Shown one piece after another: positions 10,101 to 17,670 of a DNA stretch of 64,000 nucleotides. Source of the stretch: a virus; IMG/VR virus record IMGVR_UViG_3300010244_000098; one strand, 5' to 3'. The notes below the pieces were generated by a model. The model did no database searches. It saw only the letters and a list, made by a program, of their open reading frames with translations, and had not been told where the DNA came from. Both the position numbers and the translations under genes were made by a program. Positions within the stretch are counted from its first letter, which is position 1; the number at the start of each line of letters is the position of its first letter.

Positions 10101-10288
10101 AGGAACAATTTCGTATGCAGTTTGTTGCTCTAAGTCGAGCGAAGAAAACGGAATGGATTATCAATACACAGCTTGAACCTTCTGTGTCTGTTTCCGACCA
10201 GCCTTCTGCAATGTACAAAACGCCGATGACAACGGCATTCTTGCGTGCGTCAGAACAAGCCCGTAAAGCCAACGCCGTCGGTGTGTAA
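7151..10288 (+). CDS. UvrD/PcrA-like superfamily 1 helicase with a ~400-aa unassigned N-terminal region
   Basis: QAGAGSGKS, LVLSFTNVAA, ITDESQD, VGDGSQTLYEFR, LETNYRS, STIHAAKGLEFD, VALSRAK. Confidence 0.9.
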   Translation: MPITINAQNPLNDIEKVSKEFTSIASHSPKFFSNKLTGNGKSRGLISKEVNRLGDQLQSHGRALQEDSWLTARRLDDLIEDTLYLNTYSASLSNNDEPYANGFTKNSLKETINDSTDVYEIKDVIDLETINPLLLNDLHLDMVYPLDTVLWDLNNVEEWTEIARENNKVLRAKLLFSHMSLLEKETSLAKGSKTKKTRFVLTPFLLTSVANTDTVQDRLTINADINVADAHRVRITPIRINEQTDSNGRLVLEYDYGVPQNSMYLDNFAKKAIEDLTTDSTIRYRSELKEYVRNVSVYETLCEQAERYQEHSMDQFVRIIEELSVQATAGRSRDSQLASYYSLVNKLEDIEKQGGKIKTDELDAVYSAIVHDPVLNEKDKDNVLKQSLRLLLAHRLSTLADAKDNGKLYNFQPLDDQIKDNVKQSSMYSKQQKDIILTEEPLSIGQAGAGSGKSHTVTGRIHYLQAQQEDLNQVLVLSFTNVAAQNISNRFPGIKSKTLADMFHSIYKDSFPLQHLSTPGTLINSLRLLNPHSAYFTSLKGHNGDDVETAIRELGKIMKNVASRFGKNNDVQSNMRRLMNLIGEKPDIILSILDAIEQTTLEIEPIIIHHFLNNDPSQLAIPQEFQDLNMIITDESQDISTFEYIMLIDMALYYGCQLLIVGDGSQTLYEFRNSDPRYLNALESSGVFATYKLETNYRSSGEILTMANQFLQVIEANDVANIQLRPNSFRTPTLESFKDSVTVYSALPSSPERKNRRDILEDHLLGNDEFMDWFYDKIDNDEQVAFLAHTRKDVAVAEEALNTLLQRHGRTDEVTNIVSKRVYEKRYISDVLLSVRADFVQINPKASNFFDQVTQLFDENNSQVRSCFYGKITDKQLAWNVQDIRDTFAMVATQPHIKAMRKEVALGQRQGPDVMHAILQDMLREETRQNNMKHVLESKEEIDLTGKAVVVSTIHAAKGLEFDHTIVVHHQREHVSNVDTDKAQEQFRMQFVALSRAKKTEWIINTQLEPSVSVSDQPSAMYKTPMTTAFLRASEQARKANAVGV

Positions 10289-10296
10289 TTGATCAC

Positions 10297-10336
10297 ACCC
10301 CCTTTGTATCCATACGGATATGAGGGGGGGGTTTAC
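10297..10336 (+). terminator. Probable intrinsic terminator after the helicase
   Basis: CCCCC...TATCC-atac-GGATA...GGGGG stem followed by TTT. Confidence 0.5.
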
Positions 10337-10410
10337 ATCATCTATCGTTACGAGTAAAGGACGTTTTACGGATACACGACTCGAATAAGACAGAAAAAGG
10401 AGTCAATACT

Positions 10411-10728
10411 ATGCAAACATGTATCAGTCTAAAAGCCTTATGGCAATCGAAAGACAATATAGAAGAACTCAGTGATGAGTCCGCTATGGCGGAACTGGAT
10501 CACGGCGGGTTTTTAGAACTCGGAGACGACAATGGACCCTTTTACCAAATCAGAGGACACTCCGGAAACCTTCTGTGTTTAGACGGCGAGGAAATTGACA
10601 TCGTCCAAGTTGGACGAGATAACTATCGGTGCATCAACCGACTCGGTGAAGTCGACACGAGGTTTCACATCAGTCAGAACGAGTATGACCACGCTATCTT
10701 TGGACAAGGAGCCGTTAACACCATGTAA
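10411..10728 (+). CDS. Hypothetical protein (105 aa)
   Basis: AAAGGAG RBS and ATG; no motif recognised. Confidence 0.65.
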   Translation: MQTCISLKALWQSKDNIEELSDESAMAELDHGGFLELGDDNGPFYQIRGHSGNLLCLDGEEIDIVQVGRDNYRCINRLGEVDTRFHISQNEYDHAIFGQGAVNTM

Positions 10729-10787
10729 CCTGTTTTTTAGCATAAACGGTATTTAAAACAACACAATAAACAAAGGAGTGCTGCACT

Positions 10788-11039
10788 ATGGTATTAGATA
10801 AACAAAAAGTCGTCGATCACCTTATTGATGAACACATTATATCGAAAGATGTTGCTGAGATAATGAAAAACGCTGATAATGGAAGGTTAGGTTCCGGTTA
10901 TGAAAATATTTTGACCGAAGAAGATGGCTCTCCTACTTTATTTGTGATCGAATTGGTAAAGCTGACTGGTTACAACATCAATGAATTTTGCGATGAAGAA
11001 AACAACGGGTCTGTGAAAGACAAAGAACAAGTAAAATAA
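10788..11039 (+). CDS. Hypothetical protein (83 aa)
   Basis: AAAGGAG RBS and ATG; no motif recognised. Confidence 0.65.
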   Translation: MVLDKQKVVDHLIDEHIISKDVAEIMKNADNGRLGSGYENILTEEDGSPTLFVIELVKLTGYNINEFCDEENNGSVKDKEQVK

Positions 11040-11119
11040 GAGAAGATAGCCGTATAGATTCAGAAACTTAAGCAAAATCAATGAACTATCCGCTGATGTT
11101 TAACTATTTCACCCACTTT

Positions 11120-11154
11120 CCCCTGCTTGTCCAACAAGCAGGGGTTTATTTTTT
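11120..11154 (+). terminator. Intrinsic terminator
   Basis: Perfect 10-bp stem CCCTGCTTGT-cca-ACAAGCAGGG followed by a T-rich tail. Confidence 0.8.
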
Positions 11155-11227
11155 TCTGATAAGGATATCATTGAGAAAACAAATACAACCCTGTGTATTG
11201 TTGACACAATCCGATCAGCCATTAGAG

Positions 11228-11243
11228 GGGATTCATGAATCCC
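11228..11243. promoter_or_regulatory. Perfect 16-bp palindrome (candidate operator) upstream of tmk
   Basis: GGGATTCA|TGAATCCC overlaps the expected -35 position of a TAGAAT -10 at 11262-11267. Confidence 0.45.
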
Positions 11244-11296
11244 TCCCCTTCTGATAAACTATAGAATGAATAACTACGATGAAAAGGAAGATTGCT

Positions 11297-12211
11297 ATGC
11301 TGAAAAAGAAAGGCCTATTGATCGAAATTGAAGGAGGCGAAGGAGCAGGGAAAAGCACTATTGTTAATCAGCTCAGACAACATCTGGAAAAAGATACTCA
11401 CGTTATAACGTTTCGCGAACCCGGCGGACGAGAGTTCTCAGAGGATATACGAGAGTTGTTCATGCGCTATGAAAATCTATCCACGGAGACTTATGTTCAT
11501 CTAATCAATGCTCAACGACAAGAGAATATCGAAAAAGTGATATCTCCTGCGATAACAAAAGGACATATTGTTATCGTTGACCGTTTTCTGGCCTCTACCC
11601 TCGTCTATCAAGGCCTTATGGAAGGTGCGTATGAAAAAACAGTCAAATACGCTATCGGTTACCCTTCCGTTACCCTTCTTGTTGACACACCAGCTGATGT
11701 AGGCCTGAAGCGCATCCATGATAATCAAAGAGAGACCAACCGCATTGATTTATGGCCTGTCGAGAAACATAATCATGCAAACAAGTATTATAAGCAACTG
11801 GGTTGTTACTACCCGAGCCGATATTGGGATATCGTTCTCAACGGGCGTCATGATACACAGACTATCGACAAACAACTGCACCGTATCGCCCAAGACATTG
11901 TTCCTTATATCAACGACAACCGTGCACTGCACGAGTTAAAAAGTGATTTACGTCTTACATATAATGCGCCTGCTGAGGAAAAACGCAAAGAAAAACCCCA
12001 ATTGGATATGGACCCATTGGATGTTCCTGTTGATCAGCTGTCCCTGCCCAACCAAGTTACATTTGCCTTAATGCGCTCGCGAATATTTACGATTCGAGAA
12101 CTCATCACGACCGATCACAATTTTATACAAAAGATCCCTCGTATAGGGGCAAAATCATTAGACCAAATCAATGACGCAATCGACCATTGGTTGCATGTAA
12201 ACCAGTTATGA
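11297..12211 (+). CDS. tmk: Thymidylate kinase fused to a C-terminal RNA polymerase alpha-CTD-like domain
   Basis: LIEIEGGEGAGKST P-loop, FREPGG, IVDRFLASTLVYQG; C-terminal LDVPVDQLSLPNQVTFALMRSRIFTIRELI...KIPRIGAKSLDQINDAI aligns by eye with RpoA CTD. Start at ATG 11297 (AAAGGAAG RBS). Confidence 0.85.
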   Translation: MLKKKGLLIEIEGGEGAGKSTIVNQLRQHLEKDTHVITFREPGGREFSEDIRELFMRYENLSTETYVHLINAQRQENIEKVISPAITKGHIVIVDRFLASTLVYQGLMEGAYEKTVKYAIGYPSVTLLVDTPADVGLKRIHDNQRETNRIDLWPVEKHNHANKYYKQLGCYYPSRYWDIVLNGRHDTQTIDKQLHRIAQDIVPYINDNRALHELKSDLRLTYNAPAEEKRKEKPQLDMDPLDVPVDQLSLPNQVTFALMRSRIFTIRELITTDHNFIQKIPRIGAKSLDQINDAIDHWLHVNQL

Positions 12212-12231
12212 TACAGAAAGGATTGACATCG

Positions 12232-12786
12232 ATGATTCAAGCAAACAATAGACCTCTTGCTTTTTTAACTCTTGTTTACGAAAACGTTCAAGGGATTACT
12301 GTGCCTGCTGATCATATTCAGCATATTGCATTGCAACAAAATCACACTCTGTTCTGGGGCGTAGATCAAAGTACAAATGGCAATACGCCTATTGCTATTG
12401 ATGAGTCAAGAATAGTGGATTTTTATTCCATAATGATCCGTCCTTTTTCAACGGTTATCAACGAAGACGATAAAATGTTCTATGTTGATGAAAGGCAAAC
12501 AGAAGAAGCGTTCATCAAAGATTCAATCCTCGGTCGTGCTGATTTATGCGGGATCGATCTTCACTATGAAGACGGAACGTCCACCTTATTTGAAATAGAC
12601 TGGACGATGTCTTGTTATTATTACGAACAAATACTCGTGGAGAAAAATACAGAACAAGAATTATTCGAAGAAATGCACCACTCTTTTCAAGAAACAACGA
12701 TCGATAACGACTGCTGGGTATTGACTATGGACCCAAGAAAACCCAATCAAAAAGCAAAAGACTACGTGGAAAAAGCGACCCAATAG
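12232..12786 (+). CDS. Hypothetical protein
   Basis: ORF in the operon; start moved to ATG 12232 after GAAAGGA. Confidence 0.65.
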   Translation: MIQANNRPLAFLTLVYENVQGITVPADHIQHIALQQNHTLFWGVDQSTNGNTPIAIDESRIVDFYSIMIRPFSTVINEDDKMFYVDERQTEEAFIKDSILGRADLCGIDLHYEDGTSTLFEIDWTMSCYYYEQILVEKNTEQELFEEMHHSFQETTIDNDCWVLTMDPRKPNQKAKDYVEKATQ

Positions 12787-12841
12787 GCGACTTTTTCTGC
12801 AGTTGCTTAAAAAGGATTAACCAACACGGAGGAGAACAATA

Positions 12842-13204
12842 ATGAATAAATATAAGAAACGATTGATGAAAGCATCTAAAAGAATGTCTGCCGATCAACA
12901 CAAAAAAGGGATTCGGATTGCGGACGCTATCGTACAGTATGCGGAAAAGCACGGCTACACCCGTAAAAAAGTGGCAAAATTAATCGAAAAAGGCAAATTG
13001 TTAGTCTTTTACGACAAAGCTGTATTGTTTGACCATTTGTATGCAAAAGATCAGAACGATGAGGATAAAGCGCAAATGCTTCAAGATATTGCTGAAAACC
13101 GCGCCCAGAATGATTTCGATAAAGGCGGGATTCTTATGGATATCCTGATAAAAAATCATGAAAATATCGAACAAATCGACACCATTTACTTCTTAAAAGA
13201 ATAA
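12842..13204 (+). CDS. Hypothetical protein (120 aa)
   Basis: GGAGGAG RBS; translationally close to rarA. Confidence 0.7.
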   Translation: MNKYKKRLMKASKRMSADQHKKGIRIADAIVQYAEKHGYTRKKVAKLIEKGKLLVFYDKAVLFDHLYAKDQNDEDKAQMLQDIAENRAQNDFDKGGILMDILIKNHENIEQIDTIYFLKE

Positions 13205-13216
13205 AAGGAGGTTTCC

Positions 13217-14488
13217 ATGCCCAAAAACTTAGCCTATGATATGCGACCAAAAACAATCGATGACGTTGTAGGACAAGAACACTTGACCAGCGGAAAAGGC
13301 ATTATCCGACGCATGGTTGATGCCAAACGGCTGCAATCTATCATTCTCTACGGCCCTCCGGGAACAGGAAAAACAAGCATCGCCAGCGCGCTGTCAGGGT
13401 CTACCGGTATCCCTTTCCGGCAATTCAACGCCGGAGTGGATACGAAGAAAGAACTGCAGGCGTTTGCTAAAGAACTTAAAGAAGACAACGATCAATTGAT
13501 TATCTTGTTGGATGAAATACACCGATTGGACAAGCCTAAACAAGACTATTTGCTTCCTTTCATGGAAAGCGGTCAGTTTGTCATTATTGGTGCAACGACC
13601 GAAAACCCTTATATATCCATTCAACCAGCTATTCGAAGCCGGACAAGTATATTTGAAGTACACCCGTTAACGAGTGAAAACTTAAAACGTCTTGCCCATT
13701 CTGCTCTAACGGATAAGGAGTACGGATTAGGTGCATTGAACGCCACATTGACCGAAGAAGCGCTTTATACGTTAACACACAGCACTAATGGCGACGTACG
13801 AAGTTTGCTCAATGCTTTAGAGTTAGCGGTTCGTTCTTCTCCCGATAACGCACCGCTTATTGAAAAAGAAGATATCGAAGCCTGCGTACAAAAGAAAAAT
13901 ATATCCGGAGATAAAGACGGAGACAGTCATTACGACCTCATTTCTGCTTTTCAAAAATCCCTCCGGGGAAGTGATACTGACGCAAGTCTTTACTATTTGG
14001 CACGGCTTATTGAGACAGGAGATTTAGAAATCATTTGTCGTCGCCTTCTCGTCACGGCCTATGAAGATGTCGGTATTGCTGAACCATCGGTTTCCATGTT
14101 TGTCAGCCACGCCACTCAAGATGCTCTGCGTGTTGGCCTTCCTGAAGCACGGATTCCTCTGGCCGATGCGGTTGCTCTCGTTACTACCGCTCCAAAAAGC
14201 AATAAAGGATACAGCGCTCTAGACCGGGCCAGTGAAATGCTTGAGATCCCCGTTCAGATCCCTGACCATTTAAAAGACGCTCATTACAAAGGAGCCGGAA
14301 AACTCGGCCACGGAACAGATTACCGTTACGCCCATGACGGCAAATACGGCTGGGTCAAACAGCAATACTTACCCGATGAATTGATCGGCCATCGTTTCTT
14401 GGACACAACAGATAAAGACACAACGGCCCCTACTGAACGCCGATTATTAGACCGTGTTGACCAATTATGGACTCAACAACACAAATAA
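13217..14488 (+). CDS. rarA: Replication-associated recombination protein A (RarA/MgsA AAA+ ATPase)
   Basis: LAYDMRPKTIDDVVGQEHL, YGPPGTGKTS, LLDEIHRLDKPKQDYLLP, IGATTENPY, GDSHYDLISAFQKSLRGSD, HLKDAHYKGAGKLGHG, QQYLPD. Confidence 0.95.
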   Translation: MPKNLAYDMRPKTIDDVVGQEHLTSGKGIIRRMVDAKRLQSIILYGPPGTGKTSIASALSGSTGIPFRQFNAGVDTKKELQAFAKELKEDNDQLIILLDEIHRLDKPKQDYLLPFMESGQFVIIGATTENPYISIQPAIRSRTSIFEVHPLTSENLKRLAHSALTDKEYGLGALNATLTEEALYTLTHSTNGDVRSLLNALELAVRSSPDNAPLIEKEDIEACVQKKNISGDKDGDSHYDLISAFQKSLRGSDTDASLYYLARLIETGDLEIICRRLLVTAYEDVGIAEPSVSMFVSHATQDALRVGLPEARIPLADAVALVTTAPKSNKGYSALDRASEMLEIPVQIPDHLKDAHYKGAGKLGHGTDYRYAHDGKYGWVKQQYLPDELIGHRFLDTTDKDTTAPTERRLLDRVDQLWTQQHK

Positions 14489-14519
14489 GCTGTCGTTCTT
14501 TCGCCGGCTCAACCACACT

Positions 14520-14548
14520 AAACCCCTTGTCCGGCAAGGGGTTTTTAA
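14520..14548 (+). terminator. Intrinsic terminator after rarA
   Basis: Perfect AAACCCCTTG-tccgg-CAAGGGGTTT stem plus T-run. Confidence 0.8.
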
Positions 14549-14608
14549 TTATGTTTCGAATACCTCTTTGAAACACGGAAGGTACACGACTCATTCGAGA
14601 GAAAGGAT

Positions 14609-15568
14609 ATGTATATGGCTCAACAAAAAATTAATACACTAACCGAAAACGATACCTCTTTTAACGGATACTTACTTTTACGAACAGTGTCATTCGGAAC
14701 AACAAAGACCGGACGACCTTTCGTCAGCTTAATCTTTATGGATCCTTCAGGAACGATTCCCGCTAAGATGTGGAACACGAGCGAAGAAGAATTTCCTCAT
14801 CAAGCAGGAGAAGTAGTCCAGATCAATGCAGACGTAGATTTCTTCCAAAATGAACCTCAATTTATTGTTCATGCAATACAAGTGTTGTCTGCTGACGACC
14901 CTAAAAACAATATTGGTTATTATTTACAAACAGCCCCTATGCCCTTAAAGGATATGAGACAAACGATCCATCATGCCCTGGCTGATATTGAACATCCTTT
15001 ATACAAAGATATCGCTGAACAGCTCCTGGCAAAAGAACCCAGAGGAAACACATTTGAAGAACATCCTGCCGCTAAATCGATTCATCATGCTTATTTCCGT
15101 GGTTTGATGTACCACACGACACGCATGGTGCGTCAGGCTCAGTCTTTTTTGGCTATTTACGACGGTCTGAATAAAGATTTATTACTGACCAGCATCCTCA
15201 TTCACGATTTAGGGAAGCTGGTGGAAATTACAAGCGTCCCTAATACAGAGTATACGACTCAGGGCTCTTTAATTGGCCATATAAGCATTTTGGACGGCTG
15301 GTTAATGGAATACGCCATGACAAATGATATCGACTCAGAACAAGAGGATTTCCGCCTTTTACGCCATGCCGTTCTCTCTCATCACGGAGAAATGGAATAC
15401 GGCTCCCCTGTCCGCCCTATGATTCCTGAAGCACAGTTGCTTCATATCATTGATAATACGGACGCGAAGATGACGTTATTTGAGGATACACTGGAAGATA
15501 CGGAACAAGGAGCCCTGTCCAAACGAATTTTCGGACTGGGTAATCGCATGGTTTACAACAATCAATGA
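14609..15568 (+). CDS. yhaM: 3'-5' exoribonuclease YhaM/Cbf1 family (OB fold plus HD domain)
   Basis: N-terminal OB fold (TKTGRPFVSLIFMDPSGTIPAKMW); PAAKSIHHAY..GLMYHT, IHDLGK, GSLIGHI, HAVLSHHGEMEYGSPVRPMIPEA, IIDNTDAKM. Confidence 0.92.
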   Translation: MYMAQQKINTLTENDTSFNGYLLLRTVSFGTTKTGRPFVSLIFMDPSGTIPAKMWNTSEEEFPHQAGEVVQINADVDFFQNEPQFIVHAIQVLSADDPKNNIGYYLQTAPMPLKDMRQTIHHALADIEHPLYKDIAEQLLAKEPRGNTFEEHPAAKSIHHAYFRGLMYHTTRMVRQAQSFLAIYDGLNKDLLLTSILIHDLGKLVEITSVPNTEYTTQGSLIGHISILDGWLMEYAMTNDIDSEQEDFRLLRHAVLSHHGEMEYGSPVRPMIPEAQLLHIIDNTDAKMTLFEDTLEDTEQGALSKRIFGLGNRMVYNNQ

Positions 15569-16773
15569 AAGGAGAACAACAAATGAGTGAAAAACAAACC
15601 CCAGATGTTATTGAACAAAATGAACAATCAATGCAGAATATTCATAAAGAATCCAATAACGATTTGATCCACGTTAGTTTTTCAAAGAACGGCCTGAATT
15701 ATGAGATCCGTCCCAAATTCAAAAATGTTCTTGAACAAAGTAGAGAACTGGCTCGACGTTCAGAAGAACTTCTAGACGGAGCGACAGCTGAAACGATCGA
15801 TGAAGATCAGTTGTCGCAGATTCGTAAAGATATGAAACCTATTAAAGACTACCGTCGGAACGTTGATGAAACAGTCAAAGATGTTCGACGGGTCTTTGAC
15901 GATACCAAGTCTGAGTTTACAGACCACGTCAATCAATTATTGGTCGAAGCCGACTTTGCGATCATCGAAAAGAATGACGAGAGAGCGAAGAAACTCAATA
16001 AAGATGTTCAGGCGCTTCGTCTGAAGCGAAATTGGGAGGCTGTCGAAGAAGAATATCAAAAAGCACTGGAAATATACCCAGAACTGCCTCAACTCTACCC
16101 TATCCGTCTTTCTTTTGAAACATTCAAGGAAAAGAATGACCGTTTAGCCACCGGTGCAAAAAGTTGGAAACTGAACGATCAAGTCGTTAACGATATCAAA
16201 ACATATATCCAAGAAGTCTATAACAACAACGAAGTTATTGACCGTTTGGAAAGCGACTGGCAGGACGAACTGAAGAAACGGTATGACGAAACAGGAGATA
16301 TCAAATCTGCACTGGATTTAGATAAACGATACCAGCGGGAGCAGGAAGAAGCCATCAAGCGCCGTGAACAAGTTATCCAGCGTGAAGCGGAACGCCGGGC
16401 GAAAGAGAAAGAGCGCCAGCGTCAAATGGAAGAAAATGCGAAAAAGAAAGAACGCGAAAGAGAAGAACAGCGAAAAGCGCAGGCCAAAGCCAAAGAAAAG
16501 CCTTCTCAAAGCGTTGCAGACTCTCCGTTTGGGATTCAGGCTCCACCTAAACCCACTATAACTCAATCAGTTGCTCAAAGTGTCGGCTTAAAAGCCGTCG
16601 CAAAACGCATGAAAAACCCAGAGTGGACGCTGTCTGATTTAGAATCTATGAACTTTATTCACCGTTTTGTAACAGGGGTATACAGCCAGGAAGAAGGCAT
16701 TATAGAGCATGCGTCTTCTCCAAAAGATGTTATGACGGTTATTAAAGAAATTGCAGAACATACAGACGTTTAG
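15565..16773 (+). CDS. Coiled-coil protein, DUF1351-like
   Basis: Helical N-terminal region with the charge pattern of phage DUF1351 proteins and an E/K/R-rich coiled coil. ATG 15583 is an alternative start. The family call is tentative. Confidence 0.45.
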   Translation: MKGEQQMSEKQTPDVIEQNEQSMQNIHKESNNDLIHVSFSKNGLNYEIRPKFKNVLEQSRELARRSEELLDGATAETIDEDQLSQIRKDMKPIKDYRRNVDETVKDVRRVFDDTKSEFTDHVNQLLVEADFAIIEKNDERAKKLNKDVQALRLKRNWEAVEEEYQKALEIYPELPQLYPIRLSFETFKEKNDRLATGAKSWKLNDQVVNDIKTYIQEVYNNNEVIDRLESDWQDELKKRYDETGDIKSALDLDKRYQREQEEAIKRREQVIQREAERRAKEKERQRQMEENAKKKEREREEQRKAQAKAKEKPSQSVADSPFGIQAPPKPTITQSVAQSVGLKAVAKRMKNPEWTLSDLESMNFIHRFVTGVYSQEEGIIEHASSPKDVMTVIKEIAEHTDV

Positions 16774-16789
16774 CCCCTGAGCAAATAGA

Positions 16790-16828
16790 AAAACCACGCC
16801 GTCCCTCATGGACAACGTGGTTTTCTTT
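16790..16828. terminator. Bidirectional intrinsic terminator
   Basis: AAAACCACG..GTCC-ctcat-GGAC..CGTGGTTTT with A/T runs on both sides. Confidence 0.75.
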
Positions 16829-16916
16829 TCTCGGCTTTTGATACGAGACACCCTACTTTTAATACCGTCCCCTAAGAAAGAAAAAAGTTTTGATAACGAT
16901 TCAAAAGCTCACCTCT

Positions 16917-16965
16917 AGTATACACGGCACACACCGTAGACGTCAAAGTTAAAAACACGTATACT
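16917..16965. promoter_or_regulatory. Overlapping divergent sigmaA-like promoters
   Basis: Minus strand: TTGACG (16941-16946), 18 bp, TATACT (16917-16922). Plus strand: TATACT at 16960-16965 ahead of the signal peptidase gene. Confidence 0.5.
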
Positions 16966-17003
16966 GAAAGAGTAAAAAGTTATTGTGTGAAAGGGGTGAA
17001 TAA

Positions 17004-17654
17004 ATGAGTCGTAAACAACCAACACAATCGGATAACGAAAGCCGAACTGTCGGGCCTCCGCTTTTCTTTCGAGTAGCCTTATCCTTATTGACGGTAGGGC
17101 TCGTCTGGAACGTTCTGGGATACATGACAGATCAACACGTCATCATGGCCAGTGTCAACGGTTCAAGTATGAATTACAGTTTGTTGACCAACGAACGTGT
17201 CATGATTGATAAGGATAACAAACCAACGATTGAACACGGAAACGTTATTGCCTTTGATGCCAATGCTGAAGACCCGCTCAACCCGAGAATTCAACAAGCG
17301 ACAGACCAGGGTGAATCTGTTCAGTACGTGAAACGAATCATCGGACTCCCCGGCGATGTGGTTGAAGGACGTGACGACGGAATCTACTTGAATGAAAAAC
17401 GATTAGAAGAACCTTACATAGCCAATGAGTTCCAAGAAGTAGCGATTCCGTGGACACTAGAAAGCCTGTCAAACGGATCGTTATGGGCTGATCAAAAGAA
17501 TCCGGTGCATGTTCCTGAAGGTCACGTATTCGTTCTGGGAGATAACCGAAAAGTCAGCGAAGACTCCCGTTATTTCGGCTTTGTTCATATAGATAACATC
17601 ATCGGTAATGTAGAGTCTCTCCCGTGGAATAAACAACCGGTTATCGAACCCTGA
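17004..17654 (+). CDS. lepB: Signal peptidase I
   Basis: N-terminal TM helix; catalytic Ser box VNGSSMNYSL; Lys box YVKRIIGLPGD; FVLGDNRKVSEDSRYFGFV. Confidence 0.93.
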   Translation: MSRKQPTQSDNESRTVGPPLFFRVALSLLTVGLVWNVLGYMTDQHVIMASVNGSSMNYSLLTNERVMIDKDNKPTIEHGNVIAFDANAEDPLNPRIQQATDQGESVQYVKRIIGLPGDVVEGRDDGIYLNEKRLEEPYIANEFQEVAIPWTLESLSNGSLWADQKNPVHVPEGHVFVLGDNRKVSEDSRYFGFVHIDNIIGNVESLPWNKQPVIEP

Positions 17655-17670
17655 CAGAAAGGAGAATATT

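Noticed and set aside
10324-10331. G8 homopolymer as a phase-variation tract
   Set aside because: It is the 3' arm of a terminator-like stem pairing with the upstream C-run, outside any CDS.
11180-11190. CAAATACAACC shared with the promoter at 63003-63013 (minus strand)
   Set aside because: An 11-nt match at a different distance from the putative -10; compatible with chance.
16639-16851. 70-aa minus-strand ORF downstream of the orphan promoter
   Set aside because: Poor RBS, runs through a terminator, and is antisense to a real gene.
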